Assembly (NCBI GenBank): GCA_031263865.1
Contig: JAISEY010000003.1
Coordinates: 61,345-125,344 of the forward strand
DNA from: Endomicrobium sp.
GTDB taxonomy: Bacteria; Elusimicrobiota; Endomicrobiia; Endomicrobiales; Endomicrobiaceae
Direction of reading: 5' to 3'
Length of the DNA: 64,000 nucleotides
The notes beneath the pieces were generated by a model, which searched no databases, had not been told where the DNA came from, and was given only the letters and a program-made list of their open reading frames with translations. Shown here piece by piece: positions 33,912 to 44,494 of this stretch; within the stretch, counting starts at the first letter, position 1; each line of letters starts with the position of its first letter. The translations under genes were made by a program, and so were the position numbers.

Positions 33912-34793
33912 ATGAAAATAATAGATAGTAAAAACTTATCTAATGAAAAAAGATTTAAAATAAAAAATGAAATAAGTAAAATTGTGTCAAATGCTGGTTG
34001 TAGACCAGGACTCGCTACAATTTTAGTTGGTGATGATTATGCTAGTAAAATTTATATAAAGTTAAAAATTAAAGCGTGCAATGAAGTTGGAATAAAGTCG
34101 TTTAATTATAATATTAGCAGTATAGATATTTATAAATTTGATTTAATAAAATTAATAAAAAATTTGAATTTAGATCCAAATATTCATGGTATTTTATTGC
34201 AACTTCCATTACCAAAAAAAATTGAAACAGAATATTATGTTAGCAATATAAATCCATTGAAGGATGTTGATTGTGTTCATCCTTTTAACATTGGGGCTAT
34301 GTATATGTTAAAAAAATGGGATGAAATTATTAAAAAAAATATTATAATTCCTTGTACTCCTCTTGGTATTATTAATCTGTTGCATAATAATAATGTGGAA
34401 ATTAGTGGGAAAATTGTTGTTATTATAGGAAGATCTATTTTAGTTGGGAAACCAATTGCAAGCCTTTTGCTTGCTAATGATGCAACTGTTATTATGGCTC
34501 ATTCTAAAACTTATAATCTGGAAAAAATATGTAAAAGAGCAGATATTATAATTGTATCAGTTGGTAGAGCTAAATTTTTGAATAAAAATTTTATAAAAAA
34601 TAAAACTGTTGTTATCGATGTTGGAATGAACAATATAAATGATAAAGTGTGTGGAGATGTTGATATTGACTCAATTAAAAATATGAATGTAAAAGTAACA
34701 TCGGTGCCAGGAGGAATTGGGCCTATGACGATAACAAGTTTATTAGAAAACACATTAAAAATGTTTAAAAATCAAATTTTTTTTAAAAAATAA
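33912..34793 (+). CDS. folD: Methylene-THF dehydrogenase/cyclohydrolase
   Basis: HGILLQLPLP, KDVD, PCTP.G, GRS.LVGKP, VPGG.GPMT. Confidence 0.97.
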   Translation: MKIIDSKNLSNEKRFKIKNEISKIVSNAGCRPGLATILVGDDYASKIYIKLKIKACNEVGIKSFNYNISSIDIYKFDLIKLIKNLNLDPNIHGILLQLPLPKKIETEYYVSNINPLKDVDCVHPFNIGAMYMLKKWDEIIKKNIIIPCTPLGIINLLHNNNVEISGKIVVIIGRSILVGKPIASLLLANDATVIMAHSKTYNLEKICKRADIIIVSVGRAKFLNKNFIKNKTVVIDVGMNNINDKVCGDVDIDSIKNMNVKVTSVPGGIGPMTITSLLENTLKMFKNQIFFKK

Positions 34794-34871
34794 TAAATTT
34801 AAAATTATGTTTTTTAATTATGGAATAATAATTATTTTATTTCTAATTTTATATTTGCAAGTACAAAAGTG

Positions 34872-35207
34872 TTAGAACAAGTATGTTCCTTTCTCTGTAA
34901 TTACTTTTACTAAATGGAAATCGCTTCGTCGTGGAATCCTTTGATAACAATATGTTCTATTATTGGGATTAGTTTGTATGCGTTTATGTGTGATTTTTTT
35001 AGATTTTAATTCATTCCAATATCCTACAGAGCTTCTATATTGTTTTTTATATCCCGCATTCAAATTTTTTATTCTACATTTATTGTATTCATTCCTTCTA
35101 TACACATTATTATTTGTTTTACAAATATCTTTAGAAAATAATGAATACGGAATGAATAATAAACAAATAAACGTTATTTTTTTTATATAATAAAGATGTT
35201 TAACCAT
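34872..35207 (-). CDS. Orphan basic protein with predicted signal peptide
   Basis: 111 aa; KK followed by hydrophobic [15 protein letters not shown]; ATG overlaps the serS 3' end; paralogous remnant at 28.5 kb supports coding status. Confidence 0.65.
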   Translation of the reverse strand: MVKHLYYIKKITFICLLFIPYSLFSKDICKTNNNVYRRNEYNKCRIKNLNAGYKKQYRSSVGYWNELKSKKITHKRIQTNPNNRTYCYQRIPRRSDFHLVKVITEKGTYLF

Positions 35208-36465
35208 TTCTACATTTCATTATACTAAATTTTGTATATTTATGTAATACATCTGGTATTATAACAGATCCATCTTTTTGTTGATAGTTTTCCAATATCG
35301 CTGCGAATATTCTACCAATTGCAACTCCAGAACCGTTTAATGTATGCAAAAAATCATTTTTTTTACTCTTTGTATATTTTATTTTTATATTCATCCTTCG
35401 AGATTGGAAATCTTTAAAATTTGAGCATGAAGAAATTTCTTTATAGGATTTATACCCTGGGAACCATACTTCTAAATCATATGTTTTTGATGATGAAAAC
35501 GAAATATCTCCGGTTGATAATAATACAATTCTAAATGGAAGTTTTAATAATTTTAAAACATTAGAAACATCTGATACTAAAATTTCAAGTTCTTTGTTTG
35601 ATTCACTTGGAGAAACGAATTTCACAAGTTCTACTTTGTTAAATTGATGATTTCTTATAAGCCCTTTTGTGTCTTTCCCATATGAACCTGATTCTCTTCT
35701 AAAACATGCGGAATATGAAACAAATTTTTTTGGTAAAGAAAGTTCTTCTAATACTTCTTCTCTGTAAATATTTGTAATAGAAACTTCTGAAGTTGGTATT
35801 AAATATAAATTGTCAAGTGAACATTTAAACATTTCTTTTTTAAATTTTGGAAGTTGTCCAGTACCTATCATTGATTTTTCATTTACAAGATATGGAGCAG
35901 CAATTTCTGTATATCCATTTTTTTTATGTATATCTATTAAAAAAGAAGCTATTGCTCTTTCTAATACACAACCTTCATTTTTAATGATCGTAAATCTTGT
36001 ACCTGAAATTTTTGATGCTCTTGCAAAATCAAAAATATTTAATTTTTCACCAATTTCCCAATGATGTTTTGGTATAAATGAGAATATTTTTTTAGTTCCT
36101 ATAAATTTTATTACTTTATTACTATTGTGATCTTTTCCAATAGGTACGCTTTCATCAGGGATATTTGGAATTTTTAATAAAATATTTTTGATTTTGTTTT
36201 CAAGCAATAAAATATATTCGTCATGTTTTTTAATTGTGTCTTTTAATTTTATATATTCTGTGTTTTTTGAAAAATTATTTTGTTTGTAATGTATATTTTT
36301 AATCTTTTTGTTTTTTTTAAATTTTAAATTTTCTACAATGTATACTTTTTTTTTTTTTTCGTGATATAATTTTAGTAATTTTGTTAAATTTATTTTTATA
36401 TTTCTACTTAATATTGCATTTTTTACAAAATTTATATTTTTTTCTATAAATTTTATATCTAGCAT
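35200..36465 (-). CDS. serS: Seryl-tRNA synthetase
   Basis: [41 protein letters not shown]. Confidence 0.98.
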   Translation of the reverse strand: MLDIKFIEKNINFVKNAILSRNIKINLTKLLKLYHEKKKKVYIVENLKFKKNKKIKNIHYKQNNFSKNTEYIKLKDTIKKHDEYILLLENKIKNILLKIPNIPDESVPIGKDHNSNKVIKFIGTKKIFSFIPKHHWEIGEKLNIFDFARASKISGTRFTIIKNEGCVLERAIASFLIDIHKKNGYTEIAAPYLVNEKSMIGTGQLPKFKKEMFKCSLDNLYLIPTSEVSITNIYREEVLEELSLPKKFVSYSACFRRESGSYGKDTKGLIRNHQFNKVELVKFVSPSESNKELEILVSDVSNVLKLLKLPFRIVLLSTGDISFSSSKTYDLEVWFPGYKSYKEISSCSNFKDFQSRRMNIKIKYTKSKKNDFLHTLNGSGVAIGRIFAAILENYQQKDGSVIIPDVLHKYTKFSIMKCRNG

Positions 36466-36489
36466 ATTTCCTCCATTGTTTTTTAGATT

Positions 36490-39400
36490 TTAAATTATAA
36501 TTTTTACAGATTCTTTTAATCCTACTATAGTTTCTATGTCGTTTACAAAATTATCTGAACAATTTATTAAATATTTTGTTTCAATTATAAAATTACCATA
36601 TCTAGAATCATATAAATCAATATAAGTTTTTGTATCTCCTTTATATTTATTAAAAATTTCTTTTATTTTTTTGTTTATTACAATATTATATATTTTAGTA
36701 TGTATTCTTATATGTACTGTTTTATATGTTGATGTATTTATTTCATCCAATGATATTATTTTATTCGCTATAATTTCTTGTTGTTCTTGATTAATTGTTA
36801 ATTTCCCAGTTATTACAACTATATTATTCTGTATAATATATTTTGAGAATTCATTTATTTTTTTTGGGAATAATATTACGTTAATATTATATTGCAAACT
36901 TTCCAATTTAAATGTTATGTATATTTCTTTTTTTAATTTAGAAATATTTTTTTTTATTGAAGTTATTATGCCTGATATTTGAATGTTTTTATTTAATATA
37001 TTTGTTTTAATTTTAATATTGTCATACAAATTTTTAAATTCATTACCATTGTAGGTAGAATATATTGTAATGCGTTTTTTTATTTGCTCTAAAGGATGGC
37101 CAGAAAGATAAAATCCTAAAACTTCTTTTTCAAAATTTAATATTTGGAATAATTCAAGTATTTTTGTATTTTTTAAAATATGTGGATTTTTTATTGTTTC
37201 TAAATTTTTGAATAAAAATTCTTGAGTAGATTCTTTCTCTTTTTTTATTTTTATTGCCATATTAACAAATAAATTGATATTTTCTAGAAAATTTGATCTT
37301 GTGATAAGTTTGTTTGTACCAAATGTATCAAAAGCTCCAGCTTTTATCATGCTTTCTAATGATTTTTTTGTTGTAGATTTTATATCTATTCTTTGCAAAA
37401 AATCGTCAAAATTTTTAAATTCATAAATTTCATTATTTATATTTCTTGATTGTTCTATTGAGTTTGTAAAAGATTTTCCAATATTTTTTATAGCTAGAAG
37501 ACCATAACGTATTTTATTGTTCTCAATTGTAAAATTACCATTAGAGTATTGTACATTTGGATGTAATAATTCTATGCCAAATGTTTTTAAATCATCTAAA
37601 TACATTGCAAGTTTGCTTGTTTCATTATCTTTTATTGATGATCTACCTATTTCGCTGTTTAATAAAGTTGTAAAATATTCTAATGGATAATTTGCTTTTA
37701 AATATGCTGTTTGATACGTAATTATTGCGTAAGCTGCTGAATGAGATTTATTGAATCCATAACTACCAAAAGATACAATATTGTTAAATATTTTTTCTGA
37801 TATTCTTTTATTTATATTTCTTTTATTTGCTCCATTAACAAATTTTTCTCTTTGACTTTCAATTGCTTCAGCTGTTTTTTTGCTCATTGCTATTCGTAAT
37901 AAATCTGCTTCATTTCCATTGAATCCAGCTAATTCGATTGACATTCTCATTACTTGTTCTTGATATAATATTATACCATACGTATCGTTTAATATTGGTT
38001 CTAGTAATTTGTGATCGTAAAATATTTTCTTTTTGCCATGTTTTCTATTTACAAAATCATCTAACATACCAGATCCCATAGGTCCAGGTCTATATAATGC
38101 AATCAAAGCTATAATGTCATCTATTTTATTCGGCTTTAATTTTTTTATTAATTTTTTTATTCCTTTGCTTTCAAGCTGGAATATACCTGTTGTTTTAGAT
38201 TGTCTTAATAATTGATATGTTTTTTCATCATTAAAATCTATATTTTTTAAATCAAAAAATTTATTGTTTTTGTTTATAAGTTTTATACATTCATCTATTA
38301 CTGTAAGAGTTTTTAACCCTAGAAAATCTATTTTTAAAAGTCCAAGTTTTGATAATGTACTTCCATCATATTGTGTTGTTATTATATTTTTTGATCCTTT
38401 CGACATTGGAGAATAATTTGTTATTTTTTCATTTGCTATAACTATTCCTGCAGCATGTATGCCTGTATGTCTTTTAACTCCTTCTAGTTTTTGAGATATT
38501 TTTATAAGTTTTTTAATTTTTTCGTTTGTGTTTATTATTTTTTTTAAATCTGTTGATACTTTTAATGTTTCACTTATTGTTATATTTTGTGGTATTAATT
38601 TTACAATATTATTTGATTCTTCTTGTGTAAATCCCATTACTCTTGCTACATCTCTTATAACTAGTTTCGATTGCATTGACCCAAATGTTATGATTTGAGC
38701 ACATTTTTCTTCTCCATATTTTTTTTGTGCATATTGTATAACTTTGTCTCTACCAGAATCTGCAAAATCTATATCTAAATCTGGCATAGATTTTCTATTT
38801 GGATTTAAAAATCTTTCGAACAATAAATCATATTTTAATGGGCAAATGTCTGTTATACCTAACGTATATGCTACTATTGATCCAGCACCAGATCCTCTTC
38901 CAGGTCCAACAGGTATATTATTTGTTTTTGCATATTTTATTAAATCATAAACTATTAAAAAATACGAAGAAAATCCCATATTGTTTATAACTTCCAATTC
39001 ATTATTTAATCTTTTTTTATAGTTCTCATATTTATCTCCATATCTATTTATAAGACCTTCATTACAAAGGTAAAAAAGATATTCTGAATCAGTTTTATAC
39101 TGATTTGGTATAGCAAATTGTGGTAACAACAATTTATCTGAATTTATGTTAAGATTGATTTTTTCTGCAATTTCTAATGTATTTTTTATAGATTCTGGTA
39201 TATAAGAAAACGTTTTTATCATTTCTTCTGGGCTTCTATAATAAAAAAGATCAGATTTAAAACGCATTCTTTTTTCGTCATTCAATGTTTTTCCTGTCCC
39301 TATACATAATAAAATATCATGTATTTCAAAATCTTCTTTTTTTAAAAAATGGCAATCATTTGTAGCAACAACAGGTGTTTTAGTTTTTTTTGATAATTCT

Positions 39401-40032
39401 ATTAATTTTGGGATTATTGTCTGTTGTTCTATAAGTCCATTATCCATTATTTCTATATAAAAATTTTCTTCTCCAAAAATATTTTTGTATTCAAGTACTT
39501 CTTTTTTAGCAAATTCAAAATCTTCTTTTAAAAGTGCAGATGGGATACTGCCAGCTAAGCAACCTGATAAAGCTATTATACCTTCTGAATATTTTTTTAA
39601 TATTTCCTTGTCTACTCTTGGTTTGTAATAAAACCCTTCTATAAATCCTGTACTTACAATAAGCATTAAATTTTTATATCCAATTAAATTTTTAGACAAT
39701 AATGTTAAGTGATTGTAAGTGTTTTTATTTTTTATTATGCTATCAGTTTTATTGGTTGTTTGTTTTTTATAAAATTTATCAAATCTAGATTCTTTTGCTA
39801 AATATATCTCACATCCTATTATTGGTTTTATTCCTATGAGTTTTGATGCCCAATAAAATTCCATTGCACCATACATATTCCCATGATCTGTTATAGCCAA
39901 AGCTGTCATTTTATATTTATTTTTTATAATATCAAACAATTCACTTGGATTTCCTTTTGAGTCATTAATTTTACATGATCCATCAAGCAAGGAATATTCT
40001 GTATGGTTGTGCAGGTGCACAAATTCTTTCAT
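36490..40032 (-). CDS. dnaE: DNA polymerase III alpha subunit
   Basis: FVHLH.HTEYSLLDG (PHP), GPGRGS.AGS, MPDLDIDF, FNKSHSAAY. Confidence 0.98.
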   Translation of the reverse strand: MKEFVHLHNHTEYSLLDGSCKINDSKGNPSELFDIIKNKYKMTALAITDHGNMYGAMEFYWASKLIGIKPIIGCEIYLAKESRFDKFYKKQTTNKTDSIIKNKNTYNHLTLLSKNLIGYKNLMLIVSTGFIEGFYYKPRVDKEILKKYSEGIIALSGCLAGSIPSALLKEDFEFAKKEVLEYKNIFGEENFYIEIMDNGLIEQQTIIPKLIELSKKTKTPVVATNDCHFLKKEDFEIHDILLCIGTGKTLNDEKRMRFKSDLFYYRSPEEMIKTFSYIPESIKNTLEIAEKINLNINSDKLLLPQFAIPNQYKTDSEYLFYLCNEGLINRYGDKYENYKKRLNNELEVINNMGFSSYFLIVYDLIKYAKTNNIPVGPGRGSGAGSIVAYTLGITDICPLKYDLLFERFLNPNRKSMPDLDIDFADSGRDKVIQYAQKKYGEEKCAQIITFGSMQSKLVIRDVARVMGFTQEESNNIVKLIPQNITISETLKVSTDLKKIINTNEKIKKLIKISQKLEGVKRHTGIHAAGIVIANEKITNYSPMSKGSKNIITTQYDGSTLSKLGLLKIDFLGLKTLTVIDECIKLINKNNKFFDLKNIDFNDEKTYQLLRQSKTTGIFQLESKGIKKLIKKLKPNKIDDIIALIALYRPGPMGSGMLDDFVNRKHGKKKIFYDHKLLEPILNDTYGIILYQEQVMRMSIELAGFNGNEADLLRIAMSKKTAEAIESQREKFVNGANKRNINKRISEKIFNNIVSFGSYGFNKSHSAAYAIITYQTAYLKANYPLEYFTTLLNSEIGRSSIKDNETSKLAMYLDDLKTFGIELLHPNVQYSNGNFTIENNKIRYGLLAIKNIGKSFTNSIEQSRNINNEIYEFKNFDDFLQRIDIKSTTKKSLESMIKAGAFDTFGTNKLITRSNFLENINLFVNMAIKIKKEKESTQEFLFKNLETIKNPHILKNTKILELFQILNFEKEVLGFYLSGHPLEQIKKRITIYSTYNGNEFKNLYDNIKIKTNILNKNIQISGIITSIKKNISKLKKEIYITFKLESLQYNINVILFPKKINEFSKYIIQNNIVVITGKLTINQEQQEIIANKIISLDEINTSTYKTVHIRIHTKIYNIVINKKIKEIFNKYKGDTKTYIDLYDSRYGNFIIETKYLINCSDNFVNDIETIVGLKESVKIII

Positions 40033-40227
40033 TAATAAACCTCTGTTATATTTGTTTATATTATTGTATGTCTAAAATATTAACATTATTATAGCAAACA
40101 TGTAAAAAAAAAAATAAAAAATTATTCATCTATCATATGTTTATTGATTTTTGTCAATTGCTACATAGTAATATATTTTATTATCTTGTTTGATATTGAT
40201 TATTTTTTTTTATAAAATAACATATAA

Positions 40228-40701
40228 ATGATATCATGTAATTTGTTTCATAAAAATGAAAAAATTTATAATAATTTTATAATAAAGCATAATAAAATTA
40301 AAGCTAAAAAGTTTGCATTTATTCCATTTGAAAACAGAATTGTTTTTGTACCTCATTGTATGAGAAATATTGACAATTGTACTGCTGTAGAGAAGAGTGG
40401 TTATTATGTATGTAGTGAATGTTTTAATTGTAAAATATCAAAAATTAGCATTCTTGCAAAAGAATTAAATTATAAATCTCTATATATTTTGAAGGGTGGT
40501 AGTATTATAAATAAAATTATAAATGAACAGAAACCTACTGGAATTGTTGGTGTTGCTTGTTTATTTGAAGGATATAATGCATTTAAGATGTTAAAAAATA
40601 CTGATATAGCAATTCAATTTATTCCATTATCAAAAGGCGGTTGTTTTAATACTGATGTAAATTTTGTAGAATTAGAGAAGATTTTAAGAAATATAGTTTG
40701 A
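40228..40701 (+). CDS. DUF116-like Cys-rich protein
   Basis: PHC.R...C.........C..C..C, GGS, GVAC..E, GC..T.V. Confidence 0.75.
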   Translation: MISCNLFHKNEKIYNNFIIKHNKIKAKKFAFIPFENRIVFVPHCMRNIDNCTAVEKSGYYVCSECFNCKISKISILAKELNYKSLYILKGGSIINKIINEQKPTGIVGVACLFEGYNAFKMLKNTDIAIQFIPLSKGGCFNTDVNFVELEKILRNIV

Positions 40702-40732
40702 TAAATTTGTATTTTAATGATAAAACGGAACT

Positions 40733-42172
40733 ATGAATATTATAAAAAAATTTAGTGATTTAAAATTATCTAATGAAATAATTAAAGCTATTCATGATTT
40801 AGGCTTTGAAGAAACAACTCCAATACAAAGCATTGCTATTCCTAAAATGCTTGATGGTATAGATATTGTTGCTCAAGCACAAACTGGAACTGGTAAAACA
40901 GCAGCGTTTTGTATTCCAATATTAGAAAAAATAAATGTTAAAAATAAAGTTGTTCAAACAATAATTTTATGTCCAACTAGAGAACTTGCAATACAAGTTT
41001 CTTATGAATTAAAACTTTTGTCTAAATATAAGATTGGTGTCAATATATTATCTGTATATGGTGGACAACCGATACAGAAGCAAATTTATTCTTTGTCTTC
41101 TTGCAAAGTACAGATAGTTGTTGGTACCCCTGGAAGAGTAATAGATCATTTAGAAAGAAAGACATTAAGTCTTGATAATGTTTCTATTGTAGTTTTAGAT
41201 GAAGCTGATAAAATGTTGGATATGGGATTTAGGGATGATATAGAAATAATTTTAAAAAGAATACCAAAGCAAAGGCAAATAGTATTTTTTTCAGCCACAA
41301 TACCAAATGAGTTTATGTTTTTAATAAAAAAATATCAAAAAAATTCAGAAATAATAAAAATTGAAGATAATAAATTTACAATTCCAATGATAAATCAATA
41401 TTATTTTGTTCTTAAAGAATATCAAAAAATAGAAGCAATAATGAAATGCATAGACATGTATAATCCAAATCTTGCTATTATTTTTTGCAATACTAAAAGA
41501 AAAGTTGATGAGGTTTCGTCATATCTTCAATCAAATGGTTATTCTGCTGCTTCTTTGCATGGTGATATGAGCCAATCACAGAGAGATAATGTTATGTTAA
41601 GATTTAGGAATCAATCAATAAGTATTCTTATAGCTACTGATGTTGCAGCGAGAGGAATAGATATTGATAATATTAATGTTGTTTTTAATTATGATATACC
41701 AAAAGATAATGAAAATTATGTACATAGAATTGGTAGAACTGGAAGAGCTGGTAAAACTGGGGAAGCATATAGTTTTGTTTCTGAAAAAGAAATGTATAAG
41801 TTAAAAAATATTCAAAGGTATATAAAAACTAATATAAAAAGATCTTACTTGCCAACCTTGAATGATATTGAAAAATCAAGAATAAAAACAATTATTAAAA
41901 ATATAAATAAAATTTTAAAAGATGGTAAACTGGAAAAATATAAAGCAATCATAGATGATATTATTACAAACAATGATATTACGAATGTTTCTGCTGCAAT
42001 TTTAAAAATATTGTTTGAAACATTTGATAAAAAAAATAACGTTAAAATGAAAGAAAACACACACAATTATTATGATAGAGGTGTGTATAAAGCAAACAAT
42101 TACAATAATAAAAAAATAAATTTTGTAAAAAATGGATTCATTAATAAAAAATATATTAGAACAAAAAAATAA
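40733..42172 (+). CDS. deaD: DEAD-box RNA helicase
   Basis: AQTGTGKT, PTRELA, DEAD, SAT, HRIGRTGRAG. Confidence 0.92.
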   Translation: MNIIKKFSDLKLSNEIIKAIHDLGFEETTPIQSIAIPKMLDGIDIVAQAQTGTGKTAAFCIPILEKINVKNKVVQTIILCPTRELAIQVSYELKLLSKYKIGVNILSVYGGQPIQKQIYSLSSCKVQIVVGTPGRVIDHLERKTLSLDNVSIVVLDEADKMLDMGFRDDIEIILKRIPKQRQIVFFSATIPNEFMFLIKKYQKNSEIIKIEDNKFTIPMINQYYFVLKEYQKIEAIMKCIDMYNPNLAIIFCNTKRKVDEVSSYLQSNGYSAASLHGDMSQSQRDNVMLRFRNQSISILIATDVAARGIDIDNINVVFNYDIPKDNENYVHRIGRTGRAGKTGEAYSFVSEKEMYKLKNIQRYIKTNIKRSYLPTLNDIEKSRIKTIIKNINKILKDGKLEKYKAIIDDIITNNDITNVSAAILKILFETFDKKNNVKMKENTHNYYDRGVYKANNYNNKKINFVKNGFINKKYIRTKK

Positions 42173-42215
42173 TATAAAAAATTTAAATTAATTTTATATA
42201 AAATATCTATTTCAT

Positions 42216-43598
42216 ATGATTTATTCATATATTATCAGTGATACAATTGTTGCGTTGTCTAGTGCTGCTGGAAGAGCTGCTATTTCAATTATACGTATGT
42301 CTGGTGAAGATTCTTTTTCAATAATAAATAAAGTATTTAAAACTAATTCAAATTGCAATAAACAAGTGAGATATGGGCACATTATTAGTTTAAATGAAGT
42401 AATAGATGAGGTTATATGTGTTTTTTTTAAATCTCCATACACGTATACTGGAGAAAATTTGGTAGAAATTTGTGTCCATGGAAATCCACTAATAATAAAG
42501 TCAGTATTGGAGCTTTTGTGTAACACTGGGGCAAGATTAGCTTCTCCAGGTGAATTTACATATAGATCTTTTTTGAATGGGAAAAAAGATCTTATTGAAG
42601 CAGAATCTGTATGTGACATTATATCATCTAAAACATCAAAATCTACAAAATTTTCACTTAATAACATTTCTGGTGTATTTTCATCTAAGATTAAGAAAAT
42701 AAAAAATTCATTAACAATGTTTCTTGCTTTCATAAATGCTAGTATAGATTATCCTGATGAAAATATTAGCACATTGTCATATATTAAAAAACTTGATTTT
42801 TACATAGAAGATATACAAAATATTTTGGATAATTATAAAATTAGCAGTATTTTACAACATGGTATAAAAATTCCAATTATAGGTAAACCAAATGTTGGTA
42901 AATCATCGTTATTAAATTCAATTTTAGGCAAAAACAGAGTTATTGTTACTGATATACCAGGTACTACTACTGACATTATAGAAGAAACAATAGATTACAA
43001 AGGAATCCAATTAACATTTGTTGATACAGCAGGTATTAGAAATATTACAAAGAATATAATAGAATCTTTAGGCCAAGAAAAAACTAAATGCATCATAAAA
43101 GAATCAAAAATATTAATTACTATGTTTGATATTTCATCAGGTTTAAATAAAGATGATTTTAAGATTATTAAGTTTTTAAAAAAAAATGTACCGTGTGATG
43201 CTTCAATTATAGCTGTTTTTAATAAGATTGATTTATTGAAAAACGATAATTTTGATTATAGTGTGATTAATGATTCTTTTATTTTTACTGTTAAAATATC
43301 TGCAAAGAAACAACTTGGGATTGTTGATTTATTAGATAAAATTATAAATATTATTGGTGTTGATGAACATAATAATGATTTTTTTATGATAAATTCTCGT
43401 CATTATATATTGTTGCAAAATGTTTTATGTTCATTAAAAAAAGCTAAAGATATTTTATTTAAAAATAATAATAATGTTGATGAAATTATATATATAGAAA
43501 TAGAAAATGCACAAAAAACATTAAATGAAATTTTAGGAATTGGTGTTAATCAGGATGTTTTAGATACAATTTTTTCAACTTTTTGTATAGGTAAATAA
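42216..43598 (+). CDS. mnmE: tRNA modification GTPase MnmE
   Basis: GKPNVGKSS, DTAG, NKID, C-terminal FCIGK. Confidence 0.97.
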   Translation: MIYSYIISDTIVALSSAAGRAAISIIRMSGEDSFSIINKVFKTNSNCNKQVRYGHIISLNEVIDEVICVFFKSPYTYTGENLVEICVHGNPLIIKSVLELLCNTGARLASPGEFTYRSFLNGKKDLIEAESVCDIISSKTSKSTKFSLNNISGVFSSKIKKIKNSLTMFLAFINASIDYPDENISTLSYIKKLDFYIEDIQNILDNYKISSILQHGIKIPIIGKPNVGKSSLLNSILGKNRVIVTDIPGTTTDIIEETIDYKGIQLTFVDTAGIRNITKNIIESLGQEKTKCIIKESKILITMFDISSGLNKDDFKIIKFLKKNVPCDASIIAVFNKIDLLKNDNFDYSVINDSFIFTVKISAKKQLGIVDLLDKIINIIGVDEHNNDFFMINSRHYILLQNVLCSLKKAKDILFKNNNNVDEIIYIEIENAQKTLNEILGIGVNQDVLDTIFSTFCIGK

Positions 43599-43622
43599 TT
43601 AAATAAAATATTATAATATAAA

Positions 43623-44414
43623 ATGCGTCAGAGATATGGGCAAAATTTTTTAATAGACAATAATATTGCAAATAAAATTGTTAAAGTTGCTGATTTAAGT
43701 GAGAATGACAATGTTTTAGAAATAGGGCCTGGCAAAGGTATTTTAACAAAAATTATAAGTCCATTAGTTAATAATTTAACAGCTATTGAAATTGATAAAA
43801 AATTATGCGAATATTTGCGTTTTTATTTTTTAACTAAAAATTTTAAAAATGTTAATATTATTAATTTTGATTTTCTCAATTATGTTTTATCAACTGATGT
43901 TTGTAAAATTATTTCAAATTTACCATATAACATTGGTACCTCAATAATACAAAAAATTTTACCATTGAAAAATTGGTCTATATCTGTTGTAATGTTACAA
44001 AAAGAAATTGCACAAAAAATGATTGCAAAACCAGGTGATAAAAATTATGGTTATATTTCTATATTTGTTTCATATTATTCGCATTGTAATGTTTTATTTG
44101 ATGTTTCTCCAAAAAGTTTTTATCCGATACCAAGTGTAAATTCATCTGTAATAAAATTTACAAATAAATTTAAACAAAAAGCTGATTTAGATATACTTTT
44201 TTTTAAAATTGTAAAACATGTTTTTAACATTAGAAGAAAAACAATTTTGAATTCTATTAGTTTGTTTGAAAAAAAATTAAAAAAAGAATTAATTTTACAA
44301 ATTTTTAAACGATTGCAAATAGATCCATCTTTTAGACCAAATAAATTAACTTTTTTTGATTTTTTACGTTTGACTGATGAAATAAAAAAATATATAATCC
44401 GCGATAAATTGTAA
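43623..44414 (+). CDS. rsmA: 16S rRNA dimethyltransferase
   Basis: GQNFL, EIGPG.G.LT, NLPYNI. Confidence 0.96.
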   Translation: MRQRYGQNFLIDNNIANKIVKVADLSENDNVLEIGPGKGILTKIISPLVNNLTAIEIDKKLCEYLRFYFLTKNFKNVNIINFDFLNYVLSTDVCKIISNLPYNIGTSIIQKILPLKNWSISVVMLQKEIAQKMIAKPGDKNYGYISIFVSYYSHCNVLFDVSPKSFYPIPSVNSSVIKFTNKFKQKADLDILFFKIVKHVFNIRRKTILNSISLFEKKLKKELILQIFKRLQIDPSFRPNKLTFFDFLRLTDEIKKYIIRDKL

Positions 44415-44494
44415 TACTATGCATAATTGATAAATATATTAATATTTTAATTATAAAATTGCATTTTGTTTTTAAGTTATTTGGAGATTTTATT

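Noticed and set aside
40033-40227. Gene-orientation switch (mostly minus to mostly plus) as the replication origin
   Set aside because: No cluster of DnaA-box-like repeats here, and strand composition appears to change at about 13.5 kb instead; more likely a divergent promoter region. A skew computation is needed to exclude it fully.
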